A stretch of DNA of 64,000 nucleotides, taken from Guillardia theta CCMP2712. Lineage: Eukaryota > Protista > Cryptophyta. Location of the stretch: the NCBI RefSeq assembly GCF_000315625.1, contig NW_005434635.1, positions 434,001 to 498,000 of the forward strand, read 5' to 3'. A program made the translations under genes and the position numbers. Positions 16,081 to 28,215 of this stretch are shown here, piece by piece (the stretch's first letter is position 1; each line of letters opens with the position of its first letter). The notes below the pieces were generated by a model. The model had not been told where the DNA came from and did not search any database. It worked only from the letters and a program-made list of their open reading frames with translations.

Positions 16081-16335
16081 ATGTTCACCCGAACGTCTTT
16101 GTTGGCGCTCGTTGTCTTGCTCAATGTGAGCCACGTGCGTGGTGAGAGCAAGGTGCGCACGGCGGGTTTCAGAGCCCAAGGAAACTGACGTGTGTCCATA
16201 GAACTGCGACCCGAAGAAAGACTCTGGTTGCAACAAGTTCATCCGTCCTTTCTATCCCCACGAGTGCTGGGCTGCGTATCCTGGGGGGCCAAACTGCACC
16301 AGGCAAGGCTCTGCGAGAATGGGCGGGCGGGGGTG

Positions 16336-16412
<77 letters not shown>

Positions 16413-18785
16413 GGGGGAGGAGAAGGATCAGCGGGACATGCGGGGGGGGCTGGGGGGAGGAAGGGGACGAGTCCAGGAGGAGGAGGAGGAGGAGGAGGAG
16501 AGGTAACGGACGATTCAGGTTCGATCCCACCAAGTCCAAATCGATTCGCTACATCAAGCACGGGCAGTTCTTCCTCCAGTATGCCGATAACTCCAACCTC
16601 AAGGGGTGAGAGCCGGCCTCAGCATTCGGCGAGCCTGACGGGCGGCAGGTACGAGGCGACCGACATCGTTCAGTTCGGCGACTTCTACACAGTCACCAAG
16701 TTCGGAGGCATCACGACATGCAACAGCCCTGACTTCCAGCGCGTCAACGGCATCCTCGGCTTCGGTCTTCCACAGCAGATGCCGGTGCCTTCCTTTCCCT
16801 CCTCTCCCCTCCTCTCTCCCCTCCTCTCTCCCCTCCTCCTTTTTCCTTCTCTCCCTCTGCCTCTTTTTCCCCTGCTCTCTCCCCTGCTCTCTTCCTACCC
16901 CTTTTCCCCCTCCTCCTTTTCCCTTCTCCCCTCCTCCTCATCTCACATTCTTCTCAGATGGAGCTTCCCGGAATGCCCAGCCCACAGGTGCCGCGTGCTT
17001 CCCGCTAGCAGGAAGGAAACTGACTCCACTCATGCAGCTGCCGCTTCCTCTGCTCTTCGATCTCACAGACCCCAGGGTCAAGGACAACGCCAAGAACCAC
17101 ATGCTCAGGTACCTGTCGATCCCCCGCCTCCCGCCGCGCTTGCTGAAGTCTGCGGGGACGCAGGAAGAGAGCCTTCTCCTTCTTTTCCACCGATGACCAG
17201 GTGGGGTTCAGGTGGGAAAGGAGGTAGGGCGGTGCCTGACAGCAACGCGATGACAGGCTGAGATCCAGCTGGGCGGAGTCGATCCAGAGTCGATCATCGG
17301 CAAGATGCACTTGACAACCACCATCCAGGTACAGCTCGACTTGAGCTGGGGTCCACAACCTTTGAACCCTCGGCGCAGCCAAACGACTATGCCGTTCCTG
17401 TTCACTCGATCAAGTTCGGAGACGTGGAGCTCCTGCAGTTCTCCAACCCCAACCTGGTCGGCTGCTCCACTGCCAGCTCCTGTCCAGCTGACGCCCTCCC
17501 TTGCAACGTGCAGAAGGTCCCCATCGGCTGTCAGGGAGACGAATGCCACCCTCCCTTCCTTGCTGGCATTCTTGACAGGTACAGCTAAAGTTCCCTTCCT
17601 CTCCTCGCTCCCCACCCTCCCTCGTCCTCTCCTGTTCTCTCCTCTCCTCTTCACTTCCTCCTCTCTTTCTGCTTTCCTCTCTCCACCTCTTCTGACTGCT
17701 ATCAAGTGGAACTTCATGCTTGGTTCTCCCCGATGCTCCTGTCCCCGGCATGTTGAGCAACAAGCCCTTCACTCAGGTTCCTCTCCCCGGCCCTCCTCCT
17801 CCTTCCCCTATTGCTGCTGCTCCTCCATCTCCCTCCTCCTCATCCTCCCTCCTTCTCTTCCTCCTGACTGACGGCCGTTGGCAGTGGAAGCACATGATTG
17901 GAGGAAACACAAAGGCCCCCAAGAAGCATGACACTTTCCACGTTAACATCGCAGGCACAGTTGTAAGTATCTCCTCCTCCTCCTCTTCTACCTCGCTCTC
18001 TCCTCCTCCCCGTCTCTCTCGGCTCCTCTTCCTTCTCCCGCTCTCTCTGCCCCATTCATGTCCTCTTATTAATGTTTTCTTCCAGTACGACATTCCCTTC
18101 TCGGACTGGTACATCACCCAAGGCTCCGACTCGGATCAGTCTTGCGTACAGGTGAGACAGGGAGGAAGAGGAAGAGGAAGAAGAAGAAGACTAGGGGGAG
18201 GACGAGGACGAAGACAACAATATCGGAGAGGAGGAGAGAGGAGCGCTAATGATGTCAACGCAGAGGATGCCTGGAGGCATGCCAATGGTGCTTGTCGGGG
18301 ACGTTCTTTTCCGTCGCTATGTGGTGAGCATGCAGCGGGTTGTTGACTCCTCGTCTCAGTGCTGCCCGCTAGGTCATGTTCGACCTCTCCACCTTTCCCG
18401 GCCCAGTCACCATCGGTATCGGAAAGAGAAATCCCAACTACAAGGTCCTTCTCCTCCTCCTCCTCCTCCTCCTCCTCCTCCTCCTCCTCCTCATCCCCCT
18501 CGTTCCCCGGGGCCTGCACCGCTCGTCCTTTCCTCCTGCTGATCCTCCACCCTTGCAGCTCGCTACCAAGCATGAGACGATCAGCAAGATCACCGCGCAC
18601 AAGCAGCCTGCACAGGTGAGGAGAGACACAGAGACACAGAGACAGAGAGAGAGAGAGAGCGAGAGCGAGAGGAGGAGTACTCAAGTCCATGGTTGCAGGT
18701 GATTCAGGAGACGAAGGCCATCAGGAGGAACTACCACTACCCCATCGCTGCTGACCGAGTACCGGTGGTGAGTGCGCGAGCTGAA

Positions 18786-18845
<60 letters not shown>

Positions 18846-18864
18846 AAAAGGCAGACAGTGGAAG

Positions 18865-18945
<81 letters not shown>

Positions 18946-19858
18946 AGCAGGACTATCGCAGAGGAGAGGAAGGAGACGACTTGTGACTCGCTGGCCAGGT
19001 GAACCATGAGAGCACGCAGTATTTCGTCAACGTCTCTATTGGCACTCCCAGGCAGAAGATGCCTGTCATCTTCGATACCGGTACTCCTTCACTGCCATCA
19101 ACATCATCATCATCAGCAGCAGCAGCAGCATCCACTCCCGTTCTCCTCCTCCTCCTCCTCCTCCTCCTCCTCCTCTACTCGTGCTGAACCCCAGCAGGGA
19201 GCAGCGTGTTCGGGGTCTTCTCCAAGTGCATGTCGGAGAACGTAGCCGCAGACATTGGACTGCCGGGAATTCAGTGCGACTTCGGGCAGGTAGAGGAGGA
19301 GGAGGAGGAGGAGGAGGAGGAGGAGGAGGAGGAGGAGAAAGTATGGGAGGTGTTTCAGGATGAAGAAAGGAGGAAGGGATGTGTGTGTGTGATTGGTCTT
19401 CAGGCTTCAGAGAAGACTTTGCTGGACCGCAAGGACATTCTTGACCCAGTGCACTTGAAGGAAAAAAGAAAGGTAGAGGAGGAGGAGGAGGAGGAGGATT
19501 CTGAATGTGCTCCTGCAGGCGCAGCTCAAGAGCCTCGGGGAGAGGAGTCAGGAGCTCCGTGCTGGTATGGGGAGGAGAAGAGTGAGAAGGGGAGCTGATC
19601 GGAGTGACAGGAGGGCCCAAGGCGCTGCTGCAGACTGGAGAGCAGAGCTCGAGGAGCGAATCAAGGTCTGCTGAGAGAGGAGGGGATGGGGAATGGGGAG
19701 GAGAGATGGGGCAGGACGGTGGGAAGGAGAGAGGGGGAAGGAGGAGGGAGGGGAAGGAGAGGAGCGGAGCTGACATGACATGCAGCAGCATGCTGGTCCC
19801 TGTTGCGTTCGTGGGAGTCGCGATGTTGGCTGTCATGCTCGTCAAGTTTCGATCTTGA
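16081..19858 (+). CDS. Pepsin-family (A1) aspartic protease with apparently circularly permuted domain order and a C-terminal membrane anchor
   Basis: Spliced product: signal MFTRTSLLALVVLLNVSHVRG; ..NCTRFDPTKSKS..FFLQYADNSNLKGYEATDIVQFG..NGILGFG..FSFFS..EIQLGGVD..AGILDSGTSCLVLP (17574, intron 17579-17706)..VLVGDVLFRRYVVMFDL..IGIG; linker; QYFVNVSIGTPRQKMPVIFDTGSSVFGVFSKC (19017-19230, intron 19081-19197); ends SMLVPVAFVGVAMLAVMLVKFRS*. Confidence 0.88.
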
Positions 19859-20200
19859 AGTTTTTGAGTCTTCAAATTGGAACAAAACAAAATTGAAAAT
19901 CTACCGCATTACCGTTGCCCTCATGCTCCTTCTCCTCTCACCATCTCCGGTATCTCCCCCTTTCCTCTCTTGCTTGTCTTGTTTGTGTTGTATTCATGTG
20001 TGTATTCGTCATTCATTCACATTCAAAAGATAATCTGTACAAATCACTCTCCTCCCAAATTCTCTTTCCTCGTCCTTCCTTCCTATTTCACAGTCTTCCA
20101 TCCTCCATCCTAGCCGCTCCTCCCTGTTGAATCCTGTAGTTCCCTCCCCTCCCCTCCCCTCCTCTTCCTTCCCTTCCCCTCTCAGTCTCCCCTCACACTC

Positions 20201-20962
20201 TCATACGGCGCATCGGATGACGACGAGAAACTCCGAGCAGCGCTTAGCGATGGCCAGGATGTTCTGCTTCAAGTCAGCCTAAACTTTTCCCTCCTCCTCC
20301 TCCTCGTTCCCTCCTCCTCCTCCTCGTTCCCCTCCTCCTCCTCCTCGTTCCCCTCCTCCTCCTCCTCCTCCTCGTTCCCGTCCTCCTCCTCCTCGTTCCC
20401 GTCCTCCTCCTCCTCGTTCCCCTCCTCCTCCTCCTCGTTCCCGTCCTCCTCCTCCTCGTTCCCCTCCTCCTCCTCCTCCTCTCACCTCTGCACGCAGGTT
20501 GATCTCTTCGCACATGTACTGCAGGGTGTGACGCCCATCGAGGAAGGGGAGCATTCTGATTGACATGCAGCATCAAGAACAGCAGGAGGGAGAGAGGCTA
20601 ACGGGGGAAGGGCAAGAGGACAAGTAGCAGCAGCAGCAGCAGCAGCAGCAGGAGAAGGAGGAGGAGGACGAGGAGGAGGAGGAGGAGCAGCAGCAGCAGC
20701 AGGAGGAGAAGGAGGAGCAGCAGTGGCAAGGACAGAAGCGCTTCCAGGAGGTCTCACCTCTTGAGGCGGGACCACAATCTCGCCTTTCCCTTCTTTGACA
20801 GACTGCCAAACCCGGGGGGAGAAGGAGAGGAGAGGTGCCTGACATGAAAGCGCGAGCAGCAAGAGCAATGGAATCAGAGGACATGAAGGAACAGCACGAG
20901 CAGACGAGGGGCAGAGGGAGGGACAACAGGAAGACGAGGACGAGGACGAGGAGAAAATGGAG

Positions 20963-21036
<74 letters not shown>

Positions 21037-22068
21037 ACATGAGCAGGCGGTGGACTTTGAGATGGGGGCAGGAAGAAGAGGAAGGGAAGGGGAACAGTCA
21101 GAGTAACCTTATCCAGGAGTTCACGAGCTTCCTACGGAGAGTCCTTTCTGCCTCCGACTTTGCCTCCTTCAAGACAGTCAAGCTTGAGAAAGAGATTGAA
21201 GATGAGGAAGGAGGAGGAGGAGGAAGGGGGAGGAGGAGGAAGGGGGAGGAGGAAGCAGGAGCCAAGGGCGCAGCAGCAACAGTAGCAGGAGAAGACCAGC
21301 AACAGAAGGTGGAAGCGGGAGGGGAGGACAGGAGGAGGATGAAGGGGGAGGAGGAGGAAGGGAGGGGAGGACAGGAGGAGGAGTTCAATCAACCTCGATC
21401 CATCCCTCGTCGCCCTCTTCCTTGGGGTCAACCTGAGCGAGGCTGCCATACGACATCCTCCTCCTCGCAGCCGCGTCCTGCTCGTCTACCTTCCTCTGCT
21501 CCTCCTTGAGCGCCATCCTCATGATGGCGACCAGCAGGTCCTCCAAGGACCGACGCGAGCTGCCTTGACTGGCCTCCGCGTTGGAGCGGAACTGAAGCTC
21601 GGCAAGGAGCATCAGAGGACTTCTCTCTCCTATCCTGGGGTGTAGCCCCATGCTCACTGCAGCCCCGTCAGAGGAGTGGAGAAGAGGAGGAAGCAAGAGA
21701 GCGAGAGAAGAGTAGTGGAAGGGAGGAGGAGAGGAGAGGAGAGGAGAGGAGAGGAGGGAGGGAGGGAGGGAGGGAGGTGAGGAAGGAGAAGGAGGAGGAG
21801 GATCTGGTGGAGGAGCAGGAGGAGGAAGGAGAGATACCTGCGAGCATGATCTCTTGCGCAGGAGTGAGGACGACCTCCTCCTTCTCCTCCTCGCTTGAGC
21901 TCGGCAGATCCTCCGACACAAACTCGACATAAGTCTGCAGCTCGACGACCAGATTCTTCTCTAGCAGCCACGCTGAGATGCAGCGAGTGAGCAGAAAGAA
22001 AGCGATGGCACGGAGCGAGAAGCAGGAGGAGCTGGAGGAAGAAGAGTAGGAGGAGCAGGAGCAGGAGT

Positions 22069-22114
<46 letters not shown>

Positions 22115-24388
22115 AGACAATAACTATCCATGAAAGCAGCAGTATCATGAGGAAGAAGAGACATGCCGGCAACTCTCGCGAGGTCGCTCTTCTTCCTCCT
22201 GATCAGCTTGATGACGCTGCTCTCAAGCTCATCCCAGCGCGACACATTGAGCTCTGCCTGCTGGTCAGCTCCTCTCCTCCTCTCGCTCAAGGCGCATGCT
22301 CCACCTGCCAGCGTCTGGATCTCCACGTCATGCTGCAACGCCTCTAGAGTCTTTCCCTGCGAGAAGACTTGCAGCGCTTTCTGCAGGCGCAGCTTCGGAG
22401 AGCCTTGAGCCCTCCATCCCCTGCTGACCCGCGAGCTCTTCCTCCTCGTGCTTCTTGCCCTCTCCTCCTTGCCCTTGTCCTCCTTTCCTCTCTCCTCCTC
22501 CCCCTTGCGCGAAGGCTCTTCCGCGGGCATGAAACGATCGAAGGACTCGGCGATGTTTTCTCCTTCTCTCTCCGAGACTCCGACGGTCGAGAGGTTCACC
22601 TCGGGCGCAATCAAGTAGATGCTCGCCTTGCTCACGCTCTGAACCACTCGTCCCTTAGACCATCTCTCCTGCTCTCTTGGTAAATAGGAAGGTGAGGAGA
22701 ACAAGAAGGGAGGAGAACAAGAAGGGAGGAGAGAGAAGAGAGGAGACGACGAATACATATCGTTGACGGGAAGGAGGGGTGGAAGGGGAGGAAGAGAAGG
22801 GGAGGAGGAGAAGGGGAGGAGGAGAAGGGGAGGAGGAGAAGGGGAGGAGGAGAGGGGAAGGAAGCAACGAGGAATTTCTCTCAGCGACACATTGATATTC
22901 GTCCTCACCAGGTGCTGGGACAGCACGAACACTCGCTGCAACGGGATGTCAAGCTCGTCTGAAAGTCTCTTGAGCGTCTGCCATTGCCAAGTCACTTGAC
23001 GTCTCGCCCTGCCAGCAGACCTTCAAGGGATCCGCCTTGCGCACTACCAGCGCCAAGTCCAACGAGCAGTCGGCCTGTGCGCAGCCCTCAGGGATGCCGG
23101 ATGCAGCGGAGGAGAGGAGGGGAGGAGGGGAGGAGGGGAGGAGAGGAGGAGGGGAGGAGGAGGAGAAGGATTGGAGGTCGAGGGGAGGAGGTGGAAAGGA
23201 TCAGTTGAATGGGTGAGCAGGTGGAGAGGACGTGGTAGAGGGGACGAGGAGAAGTAGAAGAGGTGGAGGGAAAGGGGTAGAGGAATGGAGGCGGATGAGA
23301 GACGGAGGAGAGGAGAGGGTGGAGGGGAGGCGGAGGGGAGGAGGACCGGGAGTTCTCTTAAAATCTCATCTCTTGGCTGCAGAAGGAGCAAGGTGTCGTA
23401 CTTCCGCGGTGACGGAGCGTTTGCTGCTGTCGCGGCTCCGACCCGCACGTGCAGGTTGAGCCATGAGTTGACGAGGACGCTCGCAGACCCGTGGACATTC
23501 AAGCTCTCGAACACCTGGGAAGTGCTGAGGAGAGCAGGAGGAGGGAGGGAGGGAGGGAGGGAGGGAGGGAGGGAGGGAGGGAGGGAGGGAGGGAGGGAGG
23601 GAGGGAGGGAGGGAGGGAAGGAGGGAGGGAGGGAGGGAGGGAGGGAGGGAGGGAGACAGGATCAGAAAGAGGATCAGTACCTCGACGACTTCGGCCACCA
23701 GCGAGCTTTTCTGTCGCTCAATCTCGACATGGCTGGGGTTGTTCCCCACTAAGTCAGTGCTGCTGCCCTCGAGCTTCGGCTCGTTCTCTTTCGACGCTCG
23801 TTCCTGCGACGAGATGTTCCCCTGCACGAGGTCTTGGATGCGTTGAACCTCCATGCTCAGATACCCGCTGCGAAGCTGCTCATGCACCCAAACCAGCCCC
23901 GCCGATCGAGCCACCTCTTTCCAATGGTTCAGCGACTTGCAGCCATGATGCACCACCAGCACGAACGTGAACGTCGTCAGCCTCTCGTGTCTCTGCGAGA
24001 GCTGCTTAGAGCCTCGCAGGATCTGGTGACTCTCCTGGCTTATGCTCCCCTCGCTGTACGCCCGCTGGTCCAGGGAGATCGGGTGCCCAACAAACACAAG
24101 AGCATCGAACGTGACCTCGATGTCTTGCCCGCAGAGCGCTGGCTTAGGAGCCATCAGCTTGGCTATCCCGTTCGCAGGAACACCGAGGACACTTTGAGGA
24201 AGCAGCTGGACTGCCGATCGCCTGCTCACGAGCTCCCGTCCTGCTTCCTCCACCTTATCCAACGCTGGCGCCTCCGAACCGCCTGCCATAGTGACCGACA
24301 TGACTATACGATGACCGCTATCACCTTTGACGACGATAGCGCCTGCTAGGAGATGGTGGCTGGTGCTGTGCAAGAAGCAACCTCCCAT
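20201..24388 (-). CDS. NPRL3: GATOR1 subunit NPRL3/Npr3
   Basis: IAKLMAPKPALCGQDIEVTFDALVFVGHP, WVHEQLRSGYLSMEV, FESLNVHGSASVLVNSWLNL, RKYDTLLLL, WLLEKNLVVELQTYV and RMLPFLDGRHTLQYM all parallel conserved NPRL3 blocks, in order. Confidence 0.88.
20290..20480 (+). repeat. Imperfect about 18-21 bp (CCT)nCGTTCC minisatellite in the last NPRL3 intron
   Basis: Repeated cctcctcctcctcgttcc units. Confidence 0.85.
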
Positions 24389-24820
24389 CCCTCCTCCTTC
24401 TCCTCCTCCTCCTCCTCCTCCTCCTCCTCCCACGCCTCCTTCCTCTTTCATCCTTGTGGCCTTCCCCGAGGGTCTCAAGTGGATGTTCCTTTCACAGAAC
24501 ATTTCAGGTAAATCGATTGTTCTTTGACAGAACATTTACTTGTTCTTCGTACGGAACTTTTTAATCGGTCGCCTGCCTACAGGCCCTACGAGCCGAAGCG
24601 ACACGGGAGAGCCGCCATGGTCAGGGAAGATGAGAGGAGGAGGAGGAGGGGAAGAGAAGCGGGCTAGAGGAGGAAGAGGGAGAGGGAGAGAGCACAGAGA
24701 ACAGAGAAGAGAGAACAGAGAAGAGAGCAGGAAGTAGCTGAGTCAAGTCTGAAACTGTAGACCTGAAGTGCAAACCTGCAAGTCTCCCTTGTGTTGCATT
24801 CTTTGCGCTAAGATTGCACG

Positions 24821-27800
24821 ATGCAACTGCGAGACATCTCAGTTCGAATATCGTTGGGTATTTTTCTCGCCAGCCTTCATTTGTGCTCTTGTCAAACTTC
24901 GCCATGGTTTAACGCTTCAGAAACTGTCGCATACCTTGCAAGAGATTGGAAGGGCTCGGGGTATGCAGACGGCAGTACAACAGGAGCAAGCTATCTATAC
25001 TCACCTTTGTCCAGTGGCTCCTGCCTTCCTCAACCTGGCTGGCCTTCGCCTTGCCCGGTAGATCAGATCGACTTGATCTTACTCGACCCAGCGCAATATG
25101 TGGGGACGGAACAAGTGAAGATGAACTTGACTTTGAGGTTCCACGGAGACGTGTTTCAGAGCTCACCGGGGGCAGACAACTACTACGGTATGCCAGATGG
25201 TTGTGCGTATGAGCGAAACCATACTGTCCATGCAGACTTTAACGTTTCAGATGGAACTGTAATCATGACTATTCAGAAAACAACAAGTGACTATATCGCT
25301 TGCGCTCTCAACTTCGGGACCTCTTACTCACAGCATAAATCGTGGAACGATAACTCAAAGGCAGAGACCATCCCCTATCAGAGATGTTCGAGCAACGCTG
25401 CCTGCTATCCCAGCTTGGATGGAACTCAATTCAAAGGAAAGTTCCGATTAGGCAAGAGCACAGCCATTGATCCCCGGGGTTCGGAGTACAGACTCGACCT
25501 GGTCCTTGGGTTTCCTTATGACAATGCAGGCTCAAATTCTTTCAGCTTCAGCAGCAATTGGATTCTCGCCTACTCTCCCACTAAGAATGTCATGACCTCT
25601 TTCCCGTCCTCCTTCGCCACTGTCGCCGCCTCGCAGACATTCTTGTACACGTTGACTTGGAGGGATCGGTTTGAAGGTCCGAACAATGAGTGGTTCAAGA
25701 ACTACATGGCTACCATCAACTCAGTCAACCCGCCCTTCGGCCCTCAGGATGGAGGAACGCACATCACGGTGTACGGGAGCTACTTCCCTCCGACGGATGT
25801 CACACACACCAGGAATGGCTCCATCGTACTGATCAACGGAACGAGTGAGCCTCAGGAGTGCTGTGACAGTCGGTACATCAGTCAGAACATGTTCGTCTGC
25901 CGCCTGCCCCGAGTCGCTTGCCTTAATAACAACCCGCCAAACTTCGCTTGCGCGCAACCGGGCGTTTCGTTTGAAAACAAGACCGTCGCTCTGGGAATCA
26001 GGCCGTTTGCAAAAGGCTACAACGGAACCATTCCGGCTTCGAAACTCGATGAGTTTGTGGAACACGAAGGCACATGGGAGCTGATTGACGAGGACATCTA
26101 CGGGGGGAAGTACATCGATCCAGCCAAACGAAACCCCAACCAGACCCAGATCCTCCAGGCCTCCAGCTCGCAGGCTTTGACGACTTGCTGTCCTGTTTGC
26201 ATCTCCCCAGGAGACCCCAAGTGCAGGTTCACCATCACGCAACTGAGCCCTGGGGTTTACAACGTCAGCATTCCTGCCATCATGTCGCCAGGCAAGCCGG
26301 GACCGTGCGACCCCGCCACCAACATGATCAACAACTCCTTCATCGCCGGGATCGATCGCTCCCTCGACAACTTCTCGGCCAGCGTTCCCTTGTCCATCAC
26401 CTCCTGCTCAAGTCTGAGCGGTACATGTAGCAAATATCCAAGGATAAGTATCCGGACGTCTTGCAAGAGACTCTACTGGTCTTTGGGCTCCATCTCGTCC
26501 TACACCCCTTCTGGTCAGACAGTAGCGATATACAACTGGGTGAGCAAGCAGACGTGCGAACGGAGGATGAGATGTGTTGCTGGACCCTGCATGCTTACCT
26601 TCCTCGCTCCTCAGAGCAGTTCTGTGACGGAGTTTCAATGGAGGACCTCTTCGCCTCAAGTTGGAATCTACACGCAGTATCCTTCTTCTTCGTTTGACGT
26701 AAATGGATTCCTCATGAACCTTGCTATGCTCATCAACGCAGAAGATTGGCGGCGCCTTCAGCTTGTTGTAAGTTACTCACTGAAGCCAGCGAGTGCACTC
26801 ACGCTTCTGACAGACATTGGTCTCCTCCTCGAGCCTTCAGAGTCAAAGTATTGGGACCTTGTTTGCTGTCCGCTCGTACGAGAAGAGCAGCCCCATCACG
26901 TGTGTGCCGACCATGGCTGGCGGGTCTTGCTATGACTTCAACATGATCATCTACATCGTGAGCGAAGGGCCCGGGGGAGCCTCAGCCTCGGTCTCCTTGA
27001 AGAACCTGACCACGAGGAGCAAAGCGGCCACAGGCGACCCGTCGCTGAGAATGCTCAACATCATGGAGATCTACATCGACCAGGGGTTGAGCAGCAAGTC
27101 GACGCTGCCGTCCGGGCACATCATTGTAAGTGTTGGTGTCTTGCTGCTTCGGTTGCCATGACTCTAGACCCACCAGGAATTCATCAAGGTTCAGTATCCT
27201 GGCGTGCTTCAATTCCAAAACCTCCAGATTCAGTATTCTGCTGAAGTGATTGCGATTCATGGTGATCCAAGCGCAGGGTGAAAAAGCAAGTTTGGGGCTA
27301 TGCAGCGTTGGGAGTGACCAGGACGGGCGGAAGCGATCTGACAGCAACCGGTGCAGCAGCGTCTTGCGCCAACCTCAAGCTGACCTGATTCCCCTCAGTG
27401 AATTACGAGACGATACAGTACAACACAACATCATCTGCAAGGGTGACGGAGACAGAGAAACAAACTGTCGACTGACACTCGTGATGAAGGGGCTTGGAGA
27501 AGATTTCGCTTCCAAACAAGGGCAACTTCGATGGAACAACGGAGACTCGGCGACCAAGTTTGATCGTCTTGCGAGTCGATCTCCACATGACTGCCATGCA
27601 GACAGATCATCATTCCTATCCATCAGAATGGACTTATGCAGCAGTCGCTGACATTTGAGGTCTGTCAATGTTTCCTCTTGACATCTCTCAGTTGAAATCT
27701 CCAGGTCCGCATTTTCACCGCCGTGAACTCAAGTCTGCTTGTGGACCCTCAGGTCTTTCTCACGGAGGTAAAGGCTCAGCGTTGACTGTGCCCAGAACGC

Positions 27801-28104
27801 CACTGTGACGATCGTTGGAATCAACGACGTGCCGGAGCCCCAGTACCTGGGAAACATGATGAGCATCGTCGGAGCTGTGAGATCAGCGCTGTGACATGTG
27901 ACTTGCTGATTCTTGTGTGCAAAGGTTTGCGGAGCAATCACTTCTCTCACGTGCATGCTCTTCATAGCACGAATCATCCGCAGCTTCAGAAAAGGTTTCT
28001 TGTATCTGCTCGGGGATGCGCTGACCAAGTGTTCAGAACAAGAGGAAGACGTGTACGAGGATGAATTTGACGAGAACAAGCTTTCAAAACCTTTGGTTAA
28101 CTAG
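24821..28104 (+). CDS. Type I membrane protein with IPT/TIG and Calx-beta domains, paralog B
   Basis: Signal peptide; INSVNPPFGPQDGGTHITVYGSYF (IPT); PGVLQFQ..AALGVTRTGGSDL..GEDFASKQGQLRWNNGDSATK..ATVTIVGIND (Calx-beta); TM VCGAITSLTCMLFIARIIRSFRK. Introns 26768-26813, 27126-27176 and 27233-27276. Confidence 0.82.
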
Positions 28105-28215
28105 TGACCTCTGATGATACTTTAATTTATCCATCTCTTCTCACTCTACAATACAATGTATTTTCAAAAATATAACCATGGTAATCAAAAAAGGCAAGAA
28201 ACAAACGAACTCCAA

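Noticed and set aside
16220-16228. DSG in KKDSGCN as the N-lobe catalytic aspartate of the protease
   Set aside because: It is preceded by Lys-Lys rather than hydrophobic residues, is not followed by S/T, and has no IGTP strand upstream.
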